Source: Terriglobia bacterium
GTDB lineage: Bacteria; Acidobacteriota; Terriglobia; JAJPHL01; JAPKYU01
DNA: 64,000 nt
Direction: 5' to 3'
Assembly: GCA_965223005.1 (NCBI GenBank)
Contig: CBDCVK010000010.1
Location: forward strand, 1,184,001-1,248,000
Shown in pieces: positions 47,166-57,725 of the stretch (position 1 is the first letter of the stretch; each line of letters begins with the position of its first letter). The translations under genes were made by a program, and so were the position numbers. The notes under the pieces were generated by a model. The model was not told the DNA's origin, ran no database searches, and worked only from the letters and a program-made list of their open reading frames with translations.

Positions 47166-50100
47166 CTAGGAGGGCGGGGAGATGCCTACACGCGTCCCGG
47201 CAGCAGTGGCTCGCGTGGGAGCTAGGCACAAGGTGCCGGAAAAGGCGCAATGAGAACAATGCGCTGCTACCTCCGGCGGGAAATGGGCCTCCCGCTGCGC
47301 GGCAAAAAGCTCCCCCACCAACCGGCGCGCTTCCTCGAGCGCTTCGGGCGTCAGTTCTACGCGATGCGCTACCCCAGGCGCCAGGAAAAACAGGACCGCT
47401 TCGCGAGGCAAGTCGCCGAAGGCGGCTTCCACCAGCAGCGCGTAGAGGAGCATCTGGACCCGGTAGTGGGCCGCCTCGGTCTCCACTTGGTCGGCAGAGA
47501 TGTCGTTCGCCTTGTAGTCCAGGAGCAGGTCGGGGCGCCCGTTGGCGAAGGTGAGCAGGTCCAGCGTGCCCCGCAGAAAACCACCCGACTCCTGAGCCTC
47601 CGGTTCCTGAAGAACGATCCCGGCCCCCATCACCGGCAACTCGCGCCGGACATCACCCGCCGCCATGGTGCGTTGCCCGTATGCGCTTTGCCAGAAACGC
47701 TGAGCCAGGCGCTCAGCTTCGGCCCGCAGCGACGAAGGCAGAGCGGCCAGCGCGCCCGAACCGAGGGCCAGCACCCGATGGACCGCCCGCCCAACTTCCG
47801 TACGCGGAAACTCGTCGTCCATGCGCTCCGTAGCTTCATCGCCTGCCTCCGCGCTTGGCGCTGGGTCGGGAAGACCGCCTTTGGCAGCACTCTCATATCC
47901 GAGGTAGCGGCTCAGGTAGTAGCGCCGCGGGCAGCGGTGGAATTCTACGACGTCGGTGACGGCGGCGAGAAAATCGCTGCGCTCAGCTTGCGGCGGTGCC
48001 GCGAGCGCCTCCTTGGCCAGTCGGCGGGCGTCGGCTTCCGCTTCGTGATCCAGTGGTATGTCCAGCGGGCTACCGGCAGCGAGAGCCATGTGGTAACGCT
48101 CCGCTACGGTCAGGTCTTGTTGAGATGCTGCTCCAAGTTCTTCCTCAGTAGCCAGCAGTGCCACGGAGAACCCCTCGGGCTTGCCGTTCACAGGAAGTGT
48201 GTGCCATTGGCTATCCACTTCAACGCGATCCTTAACAATCCCGTAACTCTCGCAAATCTGTTTCAGGGCATGTCCCAGCTGGAAACCCTTCCGCGTCTTG
48301 TTCAAGCAGCCGCTCAGGACTAGGTGTTCCTGGGCGCGGGTCACGGCAACGTAGAAAACCCGATTTCTTTCCGCCTGCTCGCGGCGTTCCAACTCCCTCT
48401 CGATCCTCTCCAGGCTAGGGGATTTCACAGTCCCGGCCCCCTGGTCAAGCTTCACGCCCAGACCGAATCCTGGCAAGAACTCCAGTGCGCTGCTCCCCGG
48501 GGGCGGCCGTCGGGTCAAATCTGGCAGTACCACCAGGGGGAATTCCAGCCCCTTGGCAGCGTGCATGGTCATCAGGCGAACGGCATCCTCGGCAGCCGAA
48601 TCCAGTTGCGCTTCCCCTTCGCGCACGCCTTCGACATGGAAGCGGTCCACGGCCTCTGAGAATTCTTGGAGCGAACCGAAGCCGGCCTTTTCCAGCGCCT
48701 CCGCCACCGTAGAAAGTTTCTTCAGGTTGGCCACCTTGCGGCGCCCATTGGGTTCGAGCAACAGCGTGGTGTCGTAGCTGGTGGCTTGGACAATGTCGCG
48801 CACCAGTTCGGCCAGGGGGCGCCAGGGACCCTCGCCGCGCAATCGCTGCAGCAGGTTTCGGAACTCGCGCAGGCGCTCGGCATCTTCTGCGGGCAGGTTG
48901 GCGAGGGCGGGCAGGTTGGCGAGCGAATCGGTTTCCTCCAAGATGTCATCAGGAACGATGTCATCAAGAACGATGTCAGCCAGAACCTGCCCCTCCCGCG
49001 CGTGGGCGTGCTCGGCGAGCAAGTAGAGCGCATCGTCACTCAACCCAAACATAGGCGAGCGCAGGGTGGCCGCCAGGGCAATTTCATGGCGAGAATTGTC
49101 GAGCACCCGCAGGAAACTCACAACGTCGCGCACTTCGCGGGCTTCGTAGAAGCCGCGGCCCGTTTCGGAGAAATAGCGGATTCCCGCATCTTCCAGGGCG
49201 CGCTCGTAGGTCTTGATGTCGGTGGCGCTGCGAAACAGCATCGCCACATCACCGTAGCCTAGTGGCCGGCCGTAGTCGTCGCGTTTCCGGTTGGTGATGC
49301 GCAGTGACTCGGACTCGATCAACTGGCGAATGCGCCGCGCCAGGTGCCGGGCCTCGAGGGGCTGGATGTCGGGCTTCTTGCCGCTTTCGACGCCCACCAG
49401 CAGGATTTCCACCGAGGGCTGCTGCTTTGGCGCAAACGGGGAGCCTACCGCGAGCGTCACAAAGGGTGTGCTGGCTCTGCGAAACGTCTCCTCGAAATGG
49501 CGGTTTACGGCATGAATGATCTCGGGACGGCTGCGGAAATCATCTCGCAGGTCCACCTGTCCTTTGAATCTGCCCGCCTCATTCCAGGCTGCTTCGAACC
49601 CAGCCGGATCGGCGTTGCGGAAGCCATAGATGGACTGTGCCGGGTCGCCTACTACGAACAGCCGGCAGTGGAGAGCCACGGACTGGATGATCTGGCTCTG
49701 CACCGGGCTGGTGTCTTGATACTCATCCACCAGAATTTCCTGAAAGCGCCGGCTAATCCGCCCGGCCACATCGGGCCAGGCGCCCAGCATGCGACGCGTC
49801 GACTGTTCCAGATCTTCGAAATCCAGGGCGGAAAGACGCCGCTTGCGCTGGTTGTAGGCGCGGTGCAGTTCGCCTAACAAATCGGCCACCCTCTCGCGCT
49901 GGTGGGAGGTGTGATGCTCCGCCTCAGTGTCCTCCTCGGTCAGCGGGAAATCCGAAGAAAGCAAGCTGGCCTTGTCCTGCGGGTCGCCCCCGAGCTGGCG
50001 GATCGTGTCATAGACGCGCAAGAGCAGCCGGTCGTACTTGTCTTTCTTGAAGTGGCGGACAAATTCCAGAAACTGTTCTGGCCTGCTCCGGCGCCACTCC

Positions 50101-50501
50101 TCCAAAACGCTGTCGAGTGTTGCCTGCTTCAGCACTGCCGAGCGGATCTCGTCCAGCACCTGGAAGCGGGGATCCACGCCAGCCTCAATGGCGTATTCCC
50201 GGAGGAGCCGTGCGCAGAAGCCGTGGATGGTGGAGATGTAGGCCCGCTCCAGGCGCCGGCGCTCCTCCTCCAGGCCCAGCCGCTCTAACAGTTCGGCGAG
50301 GCGGCCCTTCACCTCAGCAGCAGCGTTTTCCGTAAAGGTGATGGCGAGTGTGCGGGCCAAGTCCAACCGGCCGTCGAGCACTCCATGGGCGATTCGTCCC
50401 ACCAGCACGCGCGTCTTGCCTGAGCCCGGCCCAGCCTGCACGCAGAGACGCCAGGCGTCGCTGGTGATGGCAGCGAGTTGCGACCCGGTCAGCGAGTCCA
50501 T
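47166..50501 (-). CDS. addA: AddA-type UvrD helicase-nuclease
   Basis: AGPGSGKT, STIHGF, VDEYQD, VGDPAQSIYGFR, MTMHAAKGLEF, YVAVTRA; C-terminal GTLD..LDYK nuclease. Confidence 0.88.
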   Translation of the reverse strand: MDSLTGSQLAAITSDAWRLCVQAGPGSGKTRVLVGRIAHGVLDGRLDLARTLAITFTENAAAEVKGRLAELLERLGLEEERRRLERAYISTIHGFCARLLREYAIEAGVDPRFQVLDEIRSAVLKQATLDSVLEEWRRSRPEQFLEFVRHFKKDKYDRLLLRVYDTIRQLGGDPQDKASLLSSDFPLTEEDTEAEHHTSHQRERVADLLGELHRAYNQRKRRLSALDFEDLEQSTRRMLGAWPDVAGRISRRFQEILVDEYQDTSPVQSQIIQSVALHCRLFVVGDPAQSIYGFRNADPAGFEAAWNEAGRFKGQVDLRDDFRSRPEIIHAVNRHFEETFRRASTPFVTLAVGSPFAPKQQPSVEILLVGVESGKKPDIQPLEARHLARRIRQLIESESLRITNRKRDDYGRPLGYGDVAMLFRSATDIKTYERALEDAGIRYFSETGRGFYEAREVRDVVSFLRVLDNSRHEIALAATLRSPMFGLSDDALYLLAEHAHAREGQVLADIVLDDIVPDDILEETDSLANLPALANLPAEDAERLREFRNLLQRLRGEGPWRPLAELVRDIVQATSYDTTLLLEPNGRRKVANLKKLSTVAEALEKAGFGSLQEFSEAVDRFHVEGVREGEAQLDSAAEDAVRLMTMHAAKGLEFPLVVLPDLTRRPPPGSSALEFLPGFGLGVKLDQGAGTVKSPSLERIERELERREQAERNRVFYVAVTRAQEHLVLSGCLNKTRKGFQLGHALKQICESYGIVKDRVEVDSQWHTLPVNGKPEGFSVALLATEEELGAASQQDLTVAERYHMALAAGSPLDIPLDHEAEADARRLAKEALAAPPQAERSDFLAAVTDVVEFHRCPRRYYLSRYLGYESAAKGGLPDPAPSAEAGDEATERMDDEFPRTEVGRAVHRVLALGSGALAALPSSLRAEAERLAQRFWQSAYGQRTMAAGDVRRELPVMGAGIVLQEPEAQESGGFLRGTLDLLTFANGRPDLLLDYKANDISADQVETEAAHYRVQMLLYALLVEAAFGDLPREAVLFFLAPGVAHRVELTPEALEEARRLVGELFAAQREAHFPPEVAAHCSHCAFSGTLCLAPTRATAAGTRVGISPPS

Positions 50502-53500
50502 GCCCGCGCGCGTTGTCCTGGAAACTCCCATTGGTTTACCCGGCAGACGTCGAAAAAGGCGCAGCTCTTACAGCGATGGGGAAACTTCGGAAGAACGGCA
50601 ATCTCCCCATCGCGGATTCTCTCCGCGTATTGCTTCATCCATTGGCGGCCGTGCTCCATCATTTCCCGGAACTGTGGTGAGTCCAAGAGAATGGCTCTAG
50701 CCGGTGGGCCTTGCTGGAAGGTCTGGTCCAGCAGGGCGGCATCGTAGACGCCACACCGGGAGAGAGTCTCGGTTTTCAGCGGGTAAAGTTCCGCGCCGGC
50801 GGGCACCAGGCCGAATCGCTCCTGAAGTGCCAGCAGATAAACGGGGAATTGGAGCTCCAACCCTTCCTGGATGTGGTCCCAGCTTTCTTTCTTGAATGCA
50901 TTTGCGTTGTACTTGAAATCCACGACAAGACCCAGCTTCTTATCCCCGGCAGGAACCACCTCCACCCGATCCAACCGCCCGCGGACGCGAATGATGGTGT
51001 GGTCTGCGAGCGTCACTTCCAGTGCCGCCGCGCCGTCTGCGTAGCCGAATTTCAGCTCGATGTACTCCGGGCGTATCGCGGTGCGGTATTTGTCGCCGTG
51101 CTGCTGCTCGAACGCGGCGAAGCGCTCAAGGCACTGGCGCAGCTCTTCGCGCACCTTGGCACCCAGGTGACTGGGGGGAATGTCCCTGGTCTTCTTGCGG
51201 AAACATTCCTCCAACACTTCGCCAATGGGCCGACTGCGGCCACTGCGTTCCCATGCCTCGATGGTGGCATGGGCGATTTGGCCAGCTATCTGCGGGTCAA
51301 TTTCCTTTGGAACGGCGGGACCCTGAAGCTTGAGCGACTCCTGGGCGAAGTACTTGAAGGCGCACTCGGCAAAGGTGCGGAAGCCAGAGGCGCTGAACAG
51401 AGTAGCGCGCTCGCGCAGCCGCGTCCGCACCGCTTCCAGCTGCAACTTGCCGGGCCTGGGGGCTAGGGCGGAGGCGGCGCGACGGGTGGCTCCGAGCGGC
51501 CGCAACTCTTCATACAAAGCAAGAGCGCGGCTCATTGCTTGGGGCCGGGCTTCGGGCCGGGCTTGGGGCCGAGCTTCAGGTCGGGCTTCAGGTCGGGCTT
51601 GGGGCCGGGACGCTCGCGCTCCCAGTTCCAGGTGGGTCAGGGCCAGCAAGTCGTCCGTGCCCGTGGCCATATCGGCCGGGCAGGCGATTGCCGAACGGCG
51701 CCACTGGAGTTTGCGGCACGCCGGAGATTCGAGCAACGGCCCCAACCCACGCAGAAGAGACGAGCGCAGCAGTGGAGTTCCGTTGGCGTCCGACAGCGGG
51801 TAAGTGAAATATAGGCGGTCTCGCGGCCGGGTGGCAGCAACGTAGAACAGCAGTCGCTCTTCCAGACGACGGTGGGCGGTGGTGGGCAGAGCAAGCCCAC
51901 CGGTCTTCTCCAGCGCCTTCCGGTCGTCGTCATCCAGAAAGAGCGGATCACGAATCGGCGCCGGGAACTCGTTTTCCACCAGCCCGACGATGAACACCGT
52001 GCGCAGTTCCCACTGGCGGGCTTCAAAAGGGTTCATCAGGGTCACGGCGTCCTGGCGGCGGTCGCGGACCGAGAACTGGTCCCTTGCCAGCAGTGACAAC
52101 AACAGCTCGCGGAATTCGGGAAAGCTCATCGGACCGGCATGTTCCGCCTTGGCGGCGACCGCGATTTCGCCCAGCAGCGACTCTATCCGCCGAAACGCAA
52201 CGGCCTCGGCCTTCAATTCCAACGCGCGCTCCGGGCGCAGACGGTCGGAAATTTCCCCCTGGAGTGTGAACTCGCGCCAGAGACGCAACGTCCAGGCTAC
52301 CAGCTCGCTGGCATCATCAAGCCTGGCCAGCTCCGATGTAAACGCCGCCAGCCTCTCCAGAATATCGGCCAGCCGGGTTCCCTGGGTGACGCAGCCTTCC
52401 CAACGGCCCTCGCGGACTTCGGCCAGCCGCGCAATGGCGCGGTACTCAAACTTTTCCACTAGCTTTCGGCTGCGTAGCGGGCTGTAAGGCGACTTCAGCC
52501 ATTGAAATACCGATTGCGGGCGGCTGCCGGGCTGAAACAGATCCAGGCAGAGTCGTAGGTGGCGCCCGGCGGCCGTGTCGGCCACAGAGACGGGAACAAA
52601 GGCCCGCAGCGGAATCCCCAGGTGGCGGAACACGCCGCGTAGCAGGGGCAAGTATTCGCCGGGGCGGCGGGCAATAATGCCGATTTCGCGGTAGCGGAAG
52701 CTGCTGCGTCCCAGGCGCAGAATCTCGCGCCCGATGAGCTCGGCCTCATTCCGGCGGTCTGCTGCTGCCCAAAGCGAAAGCGCGCCTTCCTGGGTCCACA
52801 GCGGCGCCGGGGCCTCAGCTTGACTCTCGCGCAGCCCGAGTTCGACCGCGGCCAGCGATTCGGCCCGCGGTCGGTGGTTGCCGTCGATCCACAGCTCGCG
52901 AAAGCCAAGCGATTTCAGCCAGGCGCGGGAACGCTCCGCCTGGTAAAAGAGATCGCGTTTCTGCGGGTCCAGCGTCAGCGTTACGACAGCCACGGGCGCA
53001 TGGGGCAACAAGGCCATCAACAGGGCCCGCTGCTCTGCGGTGAAGTCGGCAAATTCATCTAACAGGAGGAGTCTGAGGCGCAGGCCCCCGCTGGCGAGGG
53101 TTTCGAAAACCTGGGAGAGGTGTTGGACTTCATTGGCGCCCGCCTGGCGCAGGGCGGTAAGGTAGGCCCGAAAAAGTTGCTGAAAGGCATGATGGCGCGC
53201 CGAGGGTGCCCCATTGCGCAATACGGCTTCCAGTGTGTCTGGCTCCACTCCGGCGCGACGCGCCTCTTCCAGCGCATCTCCCAGCGCTGTACGAAAGCCA
53301 GGGAAGTCCCGCACCGCATTCAAGTAAGGCAGCGGCAGCTCCCGAAGCAGACGGCGGAGCAGCAGCTCCCGGCGCGCGGCGCTCAACTCTGCGGGTGGTC
53401 CGCTGTCGCTTTGCCCCGCCAGCAGTGAATCTCCCGGTGTACCACAACGGCTCTCTGAAAACAGACGCTCCAGCAGGTCGCGAAAGGTGCAGACCGCTGC

Positions 53501-53734
53501 GTCCGAAAAGCCTCGAAGGCCTCCTTCGCGCAGCACCAAATTGCGAGTGTGATCGCGGTAGCTGGCGGTGGGCACCAGCAGCAGCGTTTCGGCCGCGCCC
53601 CCGGCCTGCATCGCTTCGACAAATCTTTCGCGAAGCCGGTGGCTTTTTCCGACGCCAGCGGGACCTAGCAGCAGTTGGCGGTCGGTTCCCTCCCATCGGT
53701 CGGCGCCCGACAAACAGTTCCCTCCATTCGTCAC
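50489..53734 (-). CDS. addB: AddB-type inactive-helicase/PD-(D/E)XK nuclease
   Basis: GPAGVGKS, EERLLFYVAATR, CAFKY...GRLDR..VDFK...QFPVY...CKSCAFFDVC; overlaps the addA start. Confidence 0.85.
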   Translation of the reverse strand: MTNGGNCLSGADRWEGTDRQLLLGPAGVGKSHRLRERFVEAMQAGGAAETLLLVPTASYRDHTRNLVLREGGLRGFSDAAVCTFRDLLERLFSESRCGTPGDSLLAGQSDSGPPAELSAARRELLLRRLLRELPLPYLNAVRDFPGFRTALGDALEEARRAGVEPDTLEAVLRNGAPSARHHAFQQLFRAYLTALRQAGANEVQHLSQVFETLASGGLRLRLLLLDEFADFTAEQRALLMALLPHAPVAVVTLTLDPQKRDLFYQAERSRAWLKSLGFRELWIDGNHRPRAESLAAVELGLRESQAEAPAPLWTQEGALSLWAAADRRNEAELIGREILRLGRSSFRYREIGIIARRPGEYLPLLRGVFRHLGIPLRAFVPVSVADTAAGRHLRLCLDLFQPGSRPQSVFQWLKSPYSPLRSRKLVEKFEYRAIARLAEVREGRWEGCVTQGTRLADILERLAAFTSELARLDDASELVAWTLRLWREFTLQGEISDRLRPERALELKAEAVAFRRIESLLGEIAVAAKAEHAGPMSFPEFRELLLSLLARDQFSVRDRRQDAVTLMNPFEARQWELRTVFIVGLVENEFPAPIRDPLFLDDDDRKALEKTGGLALPTTAHRRLEERLLFYVAATRPRDRLYFTYPLSDANGTPLLRSSLLRGLGPLLESPACRKLQWRRSAIACPADMATGTDDLLALTHLELGARASRPQARPEARPEARPQARPEARPQAMSRALALYEELRPLGATRRAASALAPRPGKLQLEAVRTRLRERATLFSASGFRTFAECAFKYFAQESLKLQGPAVPKEIDPQIAGQIAHATIEAWERSGRSRPIGEVLEECFRKKTRDIPPSHLGAKVREELRQCLERFAAFEQQHGDKYRTAIRPEYIELKFGYADGAAALEVTLADHTIIRVRGRLDRVEVVPAGDKKLGLVVDFKYNANAFKKESWDHIQEGLELQFPVYLLALQERFGLVPAGAELYPLKTETLSRCGVYDAALLDQTFQQGPPARAILLDSPQFREMMEHGRQWMKQYAERIRDGEIAVLPKFPHRCKSCAFFDVCRVNQWEFPGQRARAWTR
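51536..51608 (-). repeat. In-frame 12-bp tandem repeat (~6 units) in addB
   Basis: Encodes SRPQ ARPE ARPE ARPQ ARPE ARPQ. Confidence 0.9.
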
Positions 53735-53974
53735 CGTGATTCTACCGCAGCCCGGGTGGATCTGCGCGGATCGCCTGGCGCGCCGCCTGTAGCTTTGTTC
53801 CTACATCTTGATCCTGAACCCTGCCACGCCATCCGCTGCCAAGACCTGACCTCCGTCAAGACCTGACCTCGGTATTGACGAGGCCCGCGGGAACGGGTCG
53901 AACGGCGAAGAAAAAAATTCCCGCTTGGCTGTGCGACGGAGCTGCGCTATATTCTGCCAAGCACAGATTGCGCG

Positions 53975-54304
53975 ATGAATATCGGCCTCGCAATCCGCAA
54001 CCTTCGCCAGAAGCGCAGCCTCTCCCAGGGAGACCTGGAGAAGCGGACGGGGCTGATGCGCTGTTACATCTCGCGCGTAGAAAACGGGCACACGGTTCCC
54101 AGCATCGAAACCCTCTCCCGGATTGCGCGGGCCCTGGAAACGCAACTGGTGGACATGTTCTTGGGGGCCGACGGCCCTTCCGGCAACGCAGAACCCAGCG
54201 AGCAGGACTTCCTGGAGGAGATGCGGCGCCACCTGCCGGTACTCTCGCCTGAGGAGCGAGAGCAGATCCTGGAAATGATTCGCCGTTTGGCGGGACCCGC
54301 CTAG
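53975..54304 (+). CDS. XRE-family HTH transcriptional regulator
   Basis: LRQKRSLSQGDLEKRTGLMRCYISRVENGHTVPSIETL. Confidence 0.92.
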   Translation: MNIGLAIRNLRQKRSLSQGDLEKRTGLMRCYISRVENGHTVPSIETLSRIARALETQLVDMFLGADGPSGNAEPSEQDFLEEMRRHLPVLSPEEREQILEMIRRLAGPA

Positions 54305-54320
54305 CCGTTACTGGGCTTGG

Positions 54321-55205
54321 CTAACGGGGCGTGGCAACCATCCTACGGAGCATCGCCTTGAGGGCCTTTTCTAAGTCGGCCTGTAGCTCCTTGGCCGCCG
54401 TTGTGGTTTCCTCATCAGGCGCGAGCGCCAGCACCTGCTCGGTGGCCTTGATGGCACGCTTCCGCACCACCTCCAGAACGCTCGGCTCGCCCAGCCCTGT
54501 GCGATCGAAGATGGGAGATAGCTTTTCCATCATGGTGGCCATAGCCAGTAGGAAACGCGCCGGAGGCACTTCAGCGCGGCCCGATTGCAGCGCTTTCTGG
54601 GCTCCGGCAGCATCATCGGCCGAGGTCAACACAGTGCTGACCGCTCGCACCACTCCACGATCCAGCGTTTTGACCTCGACTGGCCTGCGTTGCTCCACTC
54701 CCAGGTCCAACCCGTCATAGACGCGATTCAGTTCAGGCACTGGGCCGGCACTGCCTCTGGGGAAGGGAAACTCCACTACCACCGGCTGCCCGGAAGAATC
54801 CTTGAGGAACGCCTCGGCGGATTCCAACATGTAGAAGGCGTGCCTGCCGGCTTCTTTCAAGTGCTCCGCTTTTTGCCGCAGAAAGGCGGTCTTGTTGGCA
54901 CCGGCACGCTTCGAGCCAGCAGAGTAGGCTTCCGCTATTTCCAGGTGGCCGTGGGCGAGTCCGGCCGTCAGGATGGTTCGCCAAACGCGCGCACTTGGCA
55001 CGTAGGGACTGCCCTCGACTCGTTCCAGTTTCTCCAGGTGCTCGACCGTCTTCTCCAGGTCACCGGCAACGAAGGTGTCCCGGGCCGCCTGGTGCAGCCA
55101 CTCCGGTGAGCCGCGAGCAGGACCGCTGGGAGAGCAAGCGCCAGTCACCAAACAGAAAGTCACCAAACAGAAAATGCCAACCGGAAATAGCGTTCGCTGC
55201 ACCAT
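54321..55205 (-). CDS. Hypothetical helical lipoprotein
   Basis: Lipobox VTGAC; AAAGGAG RBS; 294 aa. Confidence 0.7.
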   Translation of the reverse strand: MVQRTLFPVGIFCLVTFCLVTGACSPSGPARGSPEWLHQAARDTFVAGDLEKTVEHLEKLERVEGSPYVPSARVWRTILTAGLAHGHLEIAEAYSAGSKRAGANKTAFLRQKAEHLKEAGRHAFYMLESAEAFLKDSSGQPVVVEFPFPRGSAGPVPELNRVYDGLDLGVEQRRPVEVKTLDRGVVRAVSTVLTSADDAAGAQKALQSGRAEVPPARFLLAMATMMEKLSPIFDRTGLGEPSVLEVVRKRAIKATEQVLALAPDEETTTAAKELQADLEKALKAMLRRMVATPR

Positions 55206-55514
55206 GAGCTATGCTCCTTTCCCCGGTGCGAGCAAGGGTCGGGTTCGAGCACAAAAGCTACCGGTATCGCCGTCGTTTAGACTAGACCAATTCGCCTGGG
55301 CGGGCAACACCTCTTCGCCCCCTCACGGAGTCGAGTTGGCCGCCTTGAACCTTCGGAAGGCGGCGTGGCAATTATCCTGGAACTGGCATCTTGAAACTGG
55401 GCTTGCTGCAGACCGACAGGCAAGGGCGATCAGCAGGTTCGAGCTTGACCGGTCCGTGCTTTCTATTTACAGTCTAGGTGGTTCTGGAAGTCTAGTCTGG
55501 CACTAAGAGGGTTT

Positions 55515-55865
55515 ATGCGTTGCACAATATTACAGATCGTCGGAAGGTGCGCTGCCATTCTGGCAATGGGGTGCCTGATCGCTTCACCGGCCGTTGCGGA
55601 GACCTGGGATGGATGGCTCAGCGATGTGGCGTGCAAAGGCCAGGATGTGAGCGCACATCCAGTCAGTTGCATGGTCGGTTGCGCCAAGACGGGGTTCGGA
55701 CTGGTGCAGCGGAACGGTAACTTCCTGAAGTTTGACGAGTCCGGGAACAAAGAAGCGCTGGAACTGTTGAAGGGCACTAAGAAGGATGAGAAGGAGATTG
55801 AGGTAAAGGTTACCGGAACGCTGAAGGGCGGAACCATCGAGGTTAGCTCAATCGATCCTCGCTGA
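55515..55865 (+). CDS. Small secreted hypothetical protein (beta-rich, C..H..C..C)
   Basis: Signal peptide ending AVA; WDGWLSD..C, H..SC..C, VKVTGTL..TIEV. Confidence 0.75.
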   Translation: MRCTILQIVGRCAAILAMGCLIASPAVAETWDGWLSDVACKGQDVSAHPVSCMVGCAKTGFGLVQRNGNFLKFDESGNKEALELLKGTKKDEKEIEVKVTGTLKGGTIEVSSIDPR

Positions 55866-56015
55866 AGCATCGAGTCACCGGGCGAGTTCTTGCGGTTCTT
55901 ATGCGACGATGAAGACGCCGAGGTGATGGCCATCGGGCGAGACTGCCGCTGCTTGCCACCGCAAGAGGGCACCGAAGTTCCGGACACGAATCCATTAGAA
56001 GGAGAGCCTGCAAGA

Positions 56016-57725
56016 ATGACCCCACGTCCCTTTATTGTCGCGATAATCGCCCTGGCGGTGCTTCTTGTTACGACCGCGCGCACCACGCCTCTACCGCCAG
56101 CAAAAGCCGACCTCGTCGATCTTACGCTTCTGGTGGCGGCAGACCACCCGGGCACTTGGCCTAAGAACGATTGGCCGCTTTTCCAGATGTCTCATTACCT
56201 TCGTATTGGCCCCAAAAGCCCTTATAACAGTGACGTTTTGCTCCTCGAGGGGAATGTCGGCACGCAACTCGACACGCCGCCGCACTCGATTCCCATGCCT
56301 GGTTCCGGCCTCCCGAACGCCGGGCCGGCTGGCCTCCTGTTCGCGGAAAGCGTCCCACCGTGGCAGTTTGTCGGAGAGGCCTGTGTGATCAACGTTACCC
56401 ACCTGCGGGACCGCGCCGCCAAGGGGCACAGCCCCTTGATCCAAACCAGCGACATCCAGGCATGGGAGAAAAAGCACCGTCCGCTGGGACCAGGCGACGT
56501 GGTGATCTTCGCCAGCGGATATAGCGATGCCTACTACCTTCCCCTGCCCGAGGGCAGGCGGTTTATCGCCGATCCGCTGGAAGGGCGTACGCCCGCCTGG
56601 CCTGACCCCACTCCCGAGGCTATGGAATACGTGGCCAAGCGGGGCGTGATGGCGGCGGCCACCGACAGCCCGAGCATGGGTCCGATTCCCGACTATGCCG
56701 ACCCAACGCATACGGCCGGGCTGAAGTATGGAATGATCTGGACCGAAGGGGGAACTGGATTCGGACAACTGCCGCCGACAGGGGCCTTGTATGGCGTGCT
56801 CTCTCCGAAATACGTGGGCGCCATGGCCACCGAGTCGCGCGCCTTGGCGGTCATCGGCTCGCCCCTGGCGGGGCAGTTGATTGAGTCAGCCCGCAAGAAG
56901 AGGGTCGTGGATCTTTCGGTGATGCTTGCCGACAACCTGCCCTTGTGGTGGCCCGGAACCGGATTCGGCAATCATCGCCAGCGCCTCCTGACGGTGCGGC
57001 ATGCCTATGATCCGAAAACGGAGGCCTCCCACATGGTGCACATCATGGACGCCCACACCGGCACTCATCTTGTGCCGCCGGTCTACTCTTTACCGCCCCC
57101 CGGCTTCTCCAACAGCAGTTACTCGCCCAAGGTGCAACGTTGGCTTGCCGAATACGAAAAACAGTTTGGTCCTCGCGGCACCAGTGAGGTGACCGTGGAA
57201 AAGGTGCCCGTCTCGCAGACCAGCGGGTGGCTTCGGGTCATTGATGTGCGAGGGCTGGCCGGCTCCTCGGACCGCAGCAAGTGGCCTGCGTCTCCCGAAA
57301 TCCGGTCCGCACACGTGGCTGAGTATGAGAAAAAGAATGGGGCGCTGCAACCGGGCGAGATCGTGGTCTTTCAGACCGGTCACAGCCAGCGTTGCGTACC
57401 GTCGGAAAAGGACCCGAAGGCCACCGGCTGCCTTGACGATCCCATCAACGGCCGTATCGAGGGCTGGCCAGCGCCTGGGCCGGAAGTCATCGTCTATTTG
57501 GCCGGCAAGGGGATCCGGGCCGTTGGCATTGATGCGCCCACGCTCGGAGGCGTGGAGCCCCGTCGCGCGCTGATGACCTACTGGGCACTAGGCAGCAAGG
57601 ACATGGCTGGCATTGAGTACCTGACCAATCTTGAACAGCTTCCTGGGAAAGCGTATCTGCTATTTGCCGCGATTAAGGTTCGCGACGCCCACGGCTCGCC
57701 CGGCCGGGCCCTCGCCCTCTACTAG
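56016..57725 (+). CDS. Exported tandem cyclase-family (kynurenine formamidase-like) protein
   Basis: GAAGGAG RBS, signal peptide; two repeats of VDL.., GT.., VI.V, PG..V.F..G, WP.P, D.P, G.PxR. Confidence 0.8.
   Translation: MTPRPFIVAIIALAVLLVTTARTTPLPPAKADLVDLTLLVAADHPGTWPKNDWPLFQMSHYLRIGPKSPYNSDVLLLEGNVGTQLDTPPHSIPMPGSGLPNAGPAGLLFAESVPPWQFVGEACVINVTHLRDRAAKGHSPLIQTSDIQAWEKKHRPLGPGDVVIFASGYSDAYYLPLPEGRRFIADPLEGRTPAWPDPTPEAMEYVAKRGVMAAATDSPSMGPIPDYADPTHTAGLKYGMIWTEGGTGFGQLPPTGALYGVLSPKYVGAMATESRALAVIGSPLAGQLIESARKKRVVDLSVMLADNLPLWWPGTGFGNHRQRLLTVRHAYDPKTEASHMVHIMDAHTGTHLVPPVYSLPPPGFSNSSYSPKVQRWLAEYEKQFGPRGTSEVTVEKVPVSQTSGWLRVIDVRGLAGSSDRSKWPASPEIRSAHVAEYEKKNGALQPGEIVVFQTGHSQRCVPSEKDPKATGCLDDPINGRIEGWPAPGPEVIVYLAGKGIRAVGIDAPTLGGVEPRRALMTYWALGSKDMAGIEYLTNLEQLPGKAYLLFAAIKVRDAHGSPGRALALY

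Noticed and set aside
47166-54304. Helicase-nuclease pair plus XRE regulator as an anti-phage defence or mobile island
   Set aside because: The architecture matches housekeeping AddAB; no integrase, att sites or compositional break is visible
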